The notes beneath the pieces are model-generated. The model was not told the DNA's origin. It worked only from the letters and a program-made list of their open reading frames with translations, and made no database searches. Positions 1 through 8,245 of a stretch of 15,526 bases of DNA are shown one piece after another; position 1 is the stretch's first letter, and each line of letters begins with the position of its first letter. Source of the DNA: Octopus sinensis (taxonomy: Eukaryota); the NCBI RefSeq assembly GCF_006345805.1, contig NW_021825449.1, forward strand, positions 1 to 15,526, written 5' to 3'. Both the position numbers and the translations under genes were made by a program.

Positions 1-20
1 ATATATATATATACATATAT

Positions 21-185
21 ACGACGGGCTTCTTTCAGTTTCCGTCTACGAAATCCACCCACAAGGCTTTGGCTCGCCCGAGGCTTTTGTAGAAGACCAC
101 TTGCCCAAGGTGCCACGCATGGGAATGAACTTGGAACCATGTGGTTGGTAAGCAAGCTACTTACCACACACCGCAACTCCTGCGC
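21..185 (-). mobile_element. tRNA-derived SINE, family A, 5' head (body and tail lie beyond the window start)
   Basis: Reverse complement of the head at 14516-14680 (acgacgggcttctttcagtttccgtct...ttaccacaca...ctcctgcgc), flanked by (TA)n. Confidence 0.9.
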
Positions 186-230
186 ATATATATATCTATA
201 TATATATATATATATTATATATTATATAAG

Positions 231-261
<31 letters not shown>

Positions 262-746
262 GAGCATGTAGCAAAATAAGGCGCTGGAAAAAATATTCTT
301 CTATGGTATTTTTGAGTTTCAATCTCATTCGATAGAACTGATTGTGCTTTGACATTTAAAGAAAAAAAATCGTTCTATTTGCTTTTTGCTTTTCTCTCTT
401 CTATCGGTTTGTCTTTCCTCCCATTTCTTTACCTCACACTCTCTCGGCAATGATAAAAATACTAAACGAATAGATAAAATAAAATAAAAATAAAATAAAC
501 AGAAATTTTCTTTCTTTTCCCCATTTGATAAGATTTTGTTTTCCGTTGCTGAACAAAAGTAAAATATTAAATGTAAGTCTTTCTTGTCATATTCGACATA
601 TGAATTTTTTTTTTTTTTACTTTGGTTTTCATCATATTTTTTGTATGTCTTTCTCTTTCTCTCTCTCTCGGCTTTTTTTCTTTCATTATTTTTTCATTTC
701 TTTCTTTTAGGCCTTTTTTCTTTTCTTCTCCCCGCACACTTGCATA

Positions 747-952
747 AATAAATAAATAAATACACATATACGTGCACATACACATACACATACATAAATA
801 CATACATACATACATACATACATACATACATACATACGTACATACGTACATACATACATACATACTTATATGCAAATATACATACATACATACATACATA
901 CATACATACATACATACATACATACATACTTATATGCAAATATACATACATA
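747..952. repeat. (TAAA)n/(TACA)n microsatellite with a 64-bp higher-order duplication
   Basis: CATA/TACA units. The interruption cttatatgcaaata occurs at 865-878 and again at 929-942. Confidence 0.95.
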
Positions 953-1329
953 CTTCTTTGAGTATAGATAAATATTCACACACATATACATACACATATA
1001 AACATTTTTTCTTCGAAATTATTTTTCTGTTTCTTTGCTTCACTGTCTTTTCTTCCCAAATATCTTTCCCCTCTTTCCCCGTTTTATTATTTGTTTTCGT
1101 TTTATTATATTTATTTTTCGTCTTTTTTTCTTTTTTGCTACCGAGAGCTTAGAACTGGAACTAAGCTGTTTGCATGTTCGTTAATGCTTAGCTGAACGAC
1201 TGTGAAGAACTTGACTTCTGCCACGTTTGTACTTGAGAAGACGCCATTTTGTATTTGTCTTGCTTTCGTTGTCACTTCCTATATCGAGCGAGGAGGGATT
1301 GTCCACAAAGCAAACAAAATTAAGCAGAG

Positions 1330-1404
1330 AAAACAAAACAAAGCAAATACGGAAAGAGATGGAGAAGGAAAGTGAAAAAGAAGACGAAGACGAAGATGAG
1401 TGAT

Positions 1405-1437
<33 letters not shown>

Positions 1438-1660
1438 AATAAAACAGAGAAGAAGCAGAAGAAAAAGGAGAAATGGAAACAGAAGCAGCAGTAGCACAGC
1501 AGCAGCAGCAGCAGTGGCGAAGAAGAAGAAGAAGAAGATATAAGAGCGAGAACAAGGAGAAAAAGGAAAAAAAGGAAAATGAGGAAAAGAAGAAATATGG
1601 ACGAGAAGAGGAAGACGACAAAGAAGAAGAAGGAGGAAGAGGAGGAGAATAAGAAGAAGA

Positions 1661-1708
<48 letters not shown>

Positions 1709-1786
1709 CACGCAGACAGACAGACAGATAGTCAGGTAGTAGAGTGTAAAAGAAGAGAAAAGAAAAGAGAATGTGGAAATGATAAG

Positions 1787-1818
<32 letters not shown>

Positions 1819-1905
1819 AAGAAGAAGAAGAAGAAGAAGAAGAAGAAGAAGAAGAAGAAGAAGAAGAAGAAGAAGAAGAAAAAGAAAAAGAAAAAGAAGA
1901 AGAAG
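1330..1905. repeat. Composite purine-rich simple-repeat block: (AAC)n 1405-1436, (GCA)n ~1497-1512, (GA)n ~1663-1707, (GAA)~30 1789-1880
   Basis: Read directly from the sequence. It explains the poly-Ser/Cys ORFs in the ORF track. Confidence 0.97.
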
Positions 1906-2284
1906 ACAAAATGAAGTTCATGTTGTTATTGTTAAGTGTTAATACAGTTATTTTGATAACTACAATAACAAGTAGAAATCAGCAATGTTTCGTTATTCGA
2001 TTCGCTTTCCAAATAAAGCAGAAATCACATTCAGCTGCTATCGGATTGCCAAGGGAATTGTTGGGAATTAACTGTTCAAAGTTAGCTATAGATTTTAGAC
2101 ATGGATATATATATCAGCCAACGAATGAGACGATATGCTTGTTTAAGCTGGTTTCGATGAAATGGATGGTTTATATAGATATAAACCACGCAGAACTATA
2201 TCCTTTGTTGTTATTTCATTTCTAGATGCGTTTCATATCGTATACTTTTTCAAGTTATATTGAATACAGTATAAACATAATAGT

Positions 2285-2399
2285 CACAAATATTGGTTTT
2301 AAAGGCCAACAGTTTCGCGGGAGAGGCTAAATCGATTACATCGACCCAGGGTTCACCTGGTACTTATTTTATTGACTCCGAAAGGATGAAAGACAAACT
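2285..2399 (-). mobile_element. SINE family B, diverged 3' fragment
   Basis: atcgattacatcgaccc...ctggtacttattttattgactccgaaaggatgaaagacaaact matches the body of the copy at 7467-7676. Confidence 0.8.
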
Positions 2400-2575
2400 T
2401 TTTTGTGAAAAGCTATGATCATCTATGGTAAACTCTGTTGTTTCTCTCTCTTTTGTGCTATGCCTATACACATTAACGATTATGGATCTTCAGGCCAAAA
2501 TCAAAAGATTTATGATTCTTTCTTGGAAACGGTACAACAGCGATTTCCCGTTGCCTTCAACCGGTTTACTTTGAA

Positions 2576-2942
2576 CAGTGATTCTCAACCGGGGTCAATA
2601 TGGCTCCTGAGGGTCCATATAAGTTTTTTGGGATCCACGCAAAAAAAAAGGAAATCAGGGAATCTACAATAGTATTTTGAGGGCCCCTAAAAAAATTTTG
2701 CTTTAGGTGTATGTAATGGTATGTTTTATAAAAAAGGAAAAAAAATGAAAGAAATAAAGGTAATTTTTTCTCTAACATTTTATATAGTTCAACCTACACA
2801 AGTTAATGTGTGAAAAACAAAATAAGAATTTTGAAAGAAGTTTCTATAAAACTAAGTTTTAAACACTGAATGGTTATGGATGCCCACCAGAATATAATAG
2901 TAACCAAAAAGGTCTATAGATAGAAACGGTTGAGAACTCCTG
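2576..2942 (+). mobile_element. hAT (Charlie-like) non-autonomous MITE
   Basis: Imperfect TIRs CAGTGATTCTCAACC (2576-2590) and GGTTGAGAACTCCTG (2928-2942), 12/15 match. The 8-bp flanks actttgaa and atttagaa match 6/8 and resemble a hAT TSD with an NTCTAGAN-type target. Confidence 0.8.
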
Positions 2943-3516
2943 ATTTAGAACCTACTCTGCCTGTCTCCTGCTCTGTTGAGCTTACTCTTGAAGGCCAGGT
3001 TCTATTTAAGACTTAGGCTGGATGACTGGTTCGTGTAACATCGACACACAATGGTGGGTCGGTGTAATATATGTGTGGGAGCTAGTCCTTCTCCAAAATC
3101 TTGTAAGCTTTAGCCATTAGACTATTTTAGCTATCTCACTCCATAATTGGAGATACTGCCACCAGGGCCAGGGCAGAAATGAAAATAGTAGTGACTGAAG
3201 GATAACGCCATTCTCATAAAAACTCTTGAGCTCCCATCAGATGCAGTGTAATGTCTTGCCCAGGACAACTAGCTCTATCACACAGATCACTATTACACAG
3301 GCAATAACCTACACGGCAATGTAGAGACTTTCTCATTGGTTCAGTGTAGACATAATTGGTTTCGACGACTATCAAATTCAAAGACAAAAGGTTACTTTAA
3401 ATGTCAAAACATCAGATTTTAACAGATTACAACCTCTCCATCTTTGGTCAGCACTGAATTTTCAAAGACGTTTTGTGTGACGCTGCCATAAGGAAAACAT
3501 ATAACCTTACAGAAAA

Positions 3517-3553
3517 TACACACACGCAAACACACACATACACACATACACAT

Positions 3554-3595
<42 letters not shown>

Positions 3596-3662
3596 ACACA
3601 TAGATAGAAACGTGCACATACATACATGTATCGAAAGCGGGAGAAAATGAATGAGAATGACG

Positions 3663-3709
<47 letters not shown>

Positions 3710-3815
3710 GACAGAGACAGACAGAGAGAGAGAAAGAGAGTACACGAGTGAGAGTCACAGAGATATTGATAGATAAAGAGAGAAAGAGAGAAGGAGGGAG
3801 AGATTGACAGAGAGA
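3517..3815. repeat. (CA)n then (GA)n/(GACAGA)n microsatellites
   Basis: Read directly from the sequence. Confidence 0.95.
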
Positions 3816-3868
3816 AGCAAAGAAAATATAGTATATACATATTTACAAAAAGTTCACAAGGTACTTAC

Positions 3869-3991
3869 TTATAATAGGTCAATTGCAAAGCTAGCTGGAT
3901 GAAGGAGTCTGGACTCATATTCTGTGACTTTGGAAATTCTTTGCCAAAATTTGTAAAGCGAAGCACGTAGAGATCAAGATCGCTGATAAGT
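3869..3991 (-). CDS. ChAT: Internal coding exon of a choline/carnitine O-acyltransferase, most likely choline acetyltransferase (carnitine acetyltransferase not excluded)
   Basis: The minus strand reads tttcttgttttatattacAG | 123 nt | GTAAGT. The phase-2/phase-2 exon translates without stops as (x)LISDLDLYVLRFTNFGKEFPKSQNMSPDSFIQLALQLTYY(aa|, K or N). This matches the family motif DLD...F..FGK.F.K....SPD.FIQ.ALQL.YY[RK]. The exon call is strong; the gene symbol is tentative because it rests on 40 aa. Confidence 0.9.
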
Positions 3992-4042
3992 CTGTAATAT
4001 AAAACAAGAAATGTCATATGAGATTTGTTGCACTACAAAGAT

Positions 4043-4119
4043 ACACATACACTTACACACTTACACACGCACTCACACACACACACACACACACATACAT
4101 ACACACACTCACACACACA
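4043..4119. repeat. (CA)n microsatellite
   Basis: Read directly from the sequence; lies just upstream (minus-strand sense) of the exon acceptor. Confidence 0.95.
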
Positions 4120-4130
4120 AACATATCCAT

Positions 4131-4224
4131 TTCTACTCTAGGCACAAGGCCCGAAATTTTTGGGGAAGGGGCCAGTCGATTAGATCGACCCCAGTATGCA
4201 ACTCGTACTTAATTTGTCGACCCC
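4131..4224 (-). mobile_element. SINE family B, 5'-truncated 3' fragment
   Basis: ctctaggcacaaggcccgaa...gtcgattagatcgaccccagtatgcaact.gtacttaattt.tcgacccc is nearly identical to the first ~90 bp of the copy at 7467-7676. Confidence 0.9.
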
Positions 4225-4265
4225 GGCACAAACATATATATCAGCACATTGCAGTGTGCTGCGTG

Positions 4266-4494
4266 AGGCGGCGAACTGGCAGAAACGTTAGCACGCTGGA
4301 CGAAGTGCTAAACGGTATTTCGTCTGCCGTTACGTTCTGAGATCAAATTCCGCCGAGGTCGACGTTGCCTTTCATCCTTTCGATAAATTAAGTACCAGTT
4401 ACGTACTGGGGTCGATGTAATCGACTTAATTCCTTTGTCTGTCCTTGTTTGTCCCCCACTATGTTTAGCCCCTTGTGGGCAATAAAGAAACAAG
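4266..4494 (+). mobile_element. tRNA-derived SINE, family B, full length
   Basis: Head aggcggcgaactggcagaaacg (A-box-like TGGCAGAAACG), B-box-like gagatcaaattcc, central gcctttcatccttt-cgataaattaagtaccag, and a tail ending aataaagaaac. The head and body are the reverse complement of the head and body of the 7467-7676 copy. Confidence 0.9.
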
Positions 4495-4712
4495 TCTGCT
4501 GTGTATGCTCTACGAAAAGCATTTACATTAAGGTTTAACGTAATGTTGTATACTCCGAGTTTACGTCTGTGAATGAAGAGTAAATATACTGTTGTATTAG
4601 TTGTATAGGCTGTAGCATATAAACATTGCAAAAATATATATAAGGAAAAATACTAGGAAAAAACAAGCGGCAGTGGAGGGGGGAGACGCAAAAACAAGAC
4701 ACACACACACAC

Positions 4713-4782
4713 ACCAATTTTACATCAGATAAACACCCACACACACATGTGTGTGTGGGTGTTTATCTGATGTAAAATTGGT
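4713..4782. repeat. Perfect 70-bp palindrome (35-bp arms, no spacer)
   Basis: accaattttacatcagataaacacccacacacaca|tgtgtgtgtgggtgtttatctgatgtaaaattggt. The right arm is the exact reverse complement of the left arm. Confidence 0.97.
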
Positions 4783-4996
4783 TTTGTGGTAGAAAACTTT
4801 GAATAAAGATGGACGGAAGCAATCCAAAGGACAGCAGATCTTAGAGAGAAATAATTGTTCTCTGTAAGACTTGAGAAAGTATTTGAAATTATATTTTTTT
4901 ATATATCGGTTGCTCTTTATCAAATCCTGAATTTTAAAACGCAGTTTCATTGTGGCCGCTCCGAAAGCAAGAAAGCAAAAGAAAAAGACATAAAAA

Positions 4997-5110
4997 GGCC
5001 ATATCACGTTGAATGCACCGGTTCTCGTACGACCACCGAAGTTAAGCAACGTCGAGCCTTGTTAGTATTTGGATGGGTGACCACTTGGGAAACCTAGGTA
5101 CTGTAAGCGT
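4997..5110 (+). pseudogene. 5S rRNA-derived sequence (first ~6 nt missing, several substitutions, no oligo-T terminator)
   Basis: ggccatatcacgttgaatgcaccggttctcgtacgaccaccgaagttaagcaacgtcgagccttgttagtatttggatgggtgaccacttgggaaacctaggtactgtaagc aligns without gaps to metazoan 5S positions 7-120. A-box (agttaagcaacgtc) and C-box (tggatgggtgacc) are recognisable. Confidence 0.93.
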
Positions 5111-5169
5111 CACACAAGCGGTGGTGCATCAGCATGGCCGCAGCTCTGAGCTGAAATCAGAAAAAAAAA
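4997..5169 (+). mobile_element. 5S-headed retroposon (candidate SINE3 or 5S/LINE-tail chimera)
   Basis: The 5S body is followed after a 7-nt linker by gcggtggtgcatcagcatggccgcagctctgagctgaaa and A9. This tail is homologous to the 3' ends of family A SINEs and of the 8248-8306 fragment. Confidence 0.75.
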
Positions 5170-5524
5170 GAGCGCAAACCTCCGCCAAAGCAAAACCAAC
5201 GTCCTCTCAACGATTAGCCAGAGATGATTTTTAAAATGAGAATATCTGAAATAAACTCGACTGCTCTCACAAACGAGAATACTAAAAATGAACCCGACCA
5301 CTCTCAAGAATTAAGTAAGAAAAAAAAAAAACAGGAAAAATGATCCAGAATCGTTGTCCGTTACTAGATCAATCCTAAAATCTAATCAGTTCGTACCAGT
5401 CCCGAGACCAAACTTCCTTGAAAGTTTCATCCGAATCCATCCGGCGGTTCTTGGGGTATCCTGTCCACGGACAAACAAACACGAGTGAAAACAATACCTC
5501 CGCCTTAGCGAAGGCGGAGGTAAT
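5170..5524 (+). mobile_element. Helentron/HINE (DINE-1-like) non-autonomous rolling-circle element
   Basis: Terminal 12-bp hairpin tacctccgcctt-agcg-aaggcggaggta (5495-5522). The same motif cctccgcc sits near the other end (5179-5186) as an asymmetric subterminal inverted repeat. A short (ACAA)n precedes the hairpin, and no TSD is visible. Confidence 0.7.
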
Positions 5525-5695
5525 AATGCAACTTTGAACATGCGAATATTCGACAGTAAACGGTGTTGCGTAATCTCATGTTAGCCCCGATCAATCAAAC
5601 TTATAATAAAAAGCTCACCAACAATGACTATTCTGTTTCTTTTATCTTTCAAGCATGTGTACCAGGTCTACATTACTCAATAGTCTTTTATTTAA

Positions 5696-5890
5696 TTCTT
5701 TTACTTGTTTCAGTCATTTGACTGCGGCCATGCTGGGGCACTGCCTTTAGTCGAACAAATCGACCGCAGGATTTATTCTTTGTACGCCTAGTACTTATTC
5801 TATCAGTCTCTTTTGCCGAATCGATAAGTTACGGGGACGTAAACACACCAACATCGGTTGTCAAGCGATGGAGGGGACAAACACACCCAC
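5696..5890 (-). mobile_element. SINE family A, 3' half (no head present)
   Basis: ttacttgtttcagtcatttgactgcggccatgctgggg...gggacaaacac is the reverse complement of 14722-14910, and it ends in the internal microsatellite. Confidence 0.9.
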
Positions 5891-5954
5891 ACAAATACAT
5901 ACATACATATATATATATGTGTGTGTATGTGTGTGTGTGTGTTTGTGTGTGTGT

Positions 5955-6072
5955 GAAGGCGCATGGCTCAGTGGTTAGAACGTTGAGCTTACGATTGCGA
6001 GGTTGTGAGTTCGAATCCCGGACCGGGCTGCGTGTTGTGTTCTTGAGCAAGACACTTTATTTCACGTTGCTC
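5955..6072 (+). mobile_element. tRNA-derived SINE head, family C (3'-truncated)
   Basis: A box TGGCTCAGTGG (5964-5974), B box GAGTTCGAATCC (6007-6018), then gttgtgttcttgagcaagacacttt, a core-like motif typical of tRNA-SINEs. Confidence 0.88.
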
Positions 6073-6144
6073 GGTCTGGAAATCGAAACCACGGCCTTGC
6101 GATCGTGTGTGCAACACTTTAACTACTCGGTCACGTGCACCTTC
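6063..6144 (-). mobile_element. Second tRNA-derived SINE head in inverted orientation (related to family C)
   Basis: The reverse complement reads gaaggtgcacgtgaccgagtagttaaagtgttg...gtggtttcgatttccagaccgagcaacgtg, with A-box-like TGACCGAGTAG and B-box-like GGTTTCGATTTCC. Confidence 0.8.
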
Positions 6145-6383
6145 TCAGTGTTGTTAAAGCAACTAAGAAATGAATGACTGGTAGAGAAAACACGACGAAA
6201 TTTAGTAACATGGAACTCAAAAGTCAAACTGTCAAAGATTTGTACAGATCATTGAATATAGACACTGCCTGGCATTTATCTATTTGGAAATGGTCTGGAA
6301 ACTATTTATACAACTTGTTCTTCACAGATGGATCGATAAGGCTTGGTTGATAGACTAACAGATGGGAAGATAAAGAGAGACGA

Positions 6384-6384
<1 letters not shown>

Positions 6385-6425
<41 letters not shown>

Positions 6426-6434
6426 CTATATATG

Positions 6435-6502
<68 letters not shown>

Positions 6503-6663
6503 TATGATAAAACGTAGGTAAATTGGTCAACAGAAAGAAGAGAGAGAGAAAGGGAAGGAGAGATTGTTAGGAAGGGCGATAGATAAATAAATTGGGAGAT
6601 AGACAATGCGTGACATAGAAAGATGGATAAGATTGGTAGATAGATAGATAGATAGATAGATAG

Positions 6664-6718
<55 letters not shown>

Positions 6719-6733
6719 GATAGAGAGAGATAA

Positions 6734-6786
<53 letters not shown>

Positions 6787-6844
6787 AGCGGTTTTCTAAG
6801 AAGCAGTTGAAGGAGTAGCAAACAGTACTACAGAAAAAGAAGCA

Positions 6845-6875
<31 letters not shown>

Positions 6876-6901
6876 AAGAAGAAGAAGAAGAAGAAGAAGA
6901 A
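6385..6901. repeat. Microsatellite cluster: (TA)n 6385-6503, (TAGA)n ~6637-6754, (GA)n to ~6783, (GAA)n ~6848-6901
   Basis: Read directly from the sequence. Confidence 0.96.
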
Positions 6902-7313
6902 TGAGAAAAAGAAAGCATATTAATCGTGAGTGGAAGGAAAAGATTAGAAAGAAAGACAAAGAAGAGAAAAGAAAAGAAGAAAATCCTAAATGATCTTTAC
7001 GGAACATTAACGAAGTCTAAGAGATTGAAACGGAATGGAAAATTTGTCAACGGAAAGCCATTTCTCAACTCATTAGAAAAGGCAATAAAAGTTAAGATTT
7101 AATATATGAGCGGCAGTAGTTTTTCGCCAACTCTATAGCCATAGGCTGAATATATCTTAAGACTGCAATGCTGATTTCTTTTTGACTAAACACAAGGTCA
7201 ATTAAACGGAGAGTATAAACTATAGAGACGAGATTTTGCAGGTGGTGATGTTTCTTGAATGTAGTAGTATACCTACATCTTTGTCTTGCGTCTATTCAAT
7301 GGATATACTAGTT

Positions 7314-7859
7314 CAGTAGTTCTCAGCCGTTCGTTTTTTTTTCCATGGATCCACTTGCGTAGCTAGGCGGGGGTATTTTTAGAGGGGTGGCACTTTTAAA
7401 GGGGGAGCACTTTTGGGTCTGCTATAAGCAAAATGCGTTTTTTTTGTGGGGTCCGGGGTAGGCAAACTCTGCTCTAGGCACAAGGCCCGAAGTTTCTGGG
7501 GAGGGGACCAGTCGATTAGATCGACTCCAGTATGCAACTGGTATTTAATTTATCGACTCCTAAAAGATGAAAGGCAAAGTCGACCTCTGCGGAATTTGAA
7601 CTCAGAACATAACGGCAGACGAAATACCGCTAAGCATTTCGCCCGGTGTGCTAACGTTTCTGCCAACTCGCCGTCTTCCATTCACTGTATATTCAAAAAA
7701 TCCTACTGTATTTTTATAATTAAATATTATTAAGAATCGTATAGAAAATTGCAAATATTTTTTGTATTGTACAACTATATGCAATTTCTGGCACAAATTG
7801 TAACAGCTAAATCTTATATGGACCTTTTAGGTCATATGGACCCCTGTTGAGAACCACTG
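7314..7859 (-). mobile_element. hAT-like MITE related to 2576-2942, interrupted by a family B SINE
   Basis: The ends cagtagttctcagc (7314) and gttgagaaccactg (7846-7859) match 12/14 as TIRs. The reverse complement of 7815-7859 (cagtggttctcaacaggggtccatatgacctaaaaggtccatataa) closely matches 2576-2622. The TSD is poor (4/8). Confidence 0.6.
7467..7676 (-). mobile_element. tRNA-derived SINE, family B, full length (alternative tail)
   Basis: Reverse complement of the head and body of 4266-4426, but with the ctctaggcacaaggcccgaa tail. Confidence 0.92.
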
Positions 7860-7912
7860 TGCCAGGCAGCTTTCTTATATATTCTGTTTTGCCTTGTATC
7901 GTTTTTATGTTT

Positions 7913-8186
7913 TATCTTTTCCTTGTTTCAGCCACTGGACTACAGTCATGCTGGAGCATCGCTTTGAAGGGTTTTAATCGAACAAATCGGTCCCAGGACT
8001 TATCTACTTATCTTTTTTTTTCTTTCAAGCCTGGCACTTACTGTATCGGGCTCTTTTTGCTGAACTGCTAAGTCAGGCTGACATAAACAAACAAAACCGG
8101 TTGTCAAGTGGTGGTGGGGGGGACAAACACAAAGTCACACACACACACATACAAATGTATGTATATATATATATATATATATACAT

Positions 8187-8245
<59 letters not shown>

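Noticed and set aside
525-1921. ORFs of 61-246 aa (poly-Ser, MYVC and HTYI repeats)
   Set aside because: They are translations of (TACA)n, (GAA)n, (GA)n and (AAC)n microsatellites with no domain-like content.
2950-3310. GC-richer block, possibly an old LINE or SINE remnant (gtcttgcccaggacaac at ~3253)
   Set aside because: No translatable domain and no second copy in the window; too degraded to call.
3419-3840. Three overlapping minus-strand ORFs
   Set aside because: They are (CA)n/(GA)n translations. The tail VICFPYGSVTQNVFENSVL does not resemble the expected next acyltransferase exon.
4991-5110. Functional 5S rRNA gene
   Set aside because: The first 6 nt are replaced by taaaaa (helix I broken), there are helix-disrupting substitutions, there is no terminator, and it is not in a tandem array.
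5955-6030. Genuine tRNA gene
   Set aside because: A and B boxes are present, but there is no acceptor stem and it runs into a SINE core motif.
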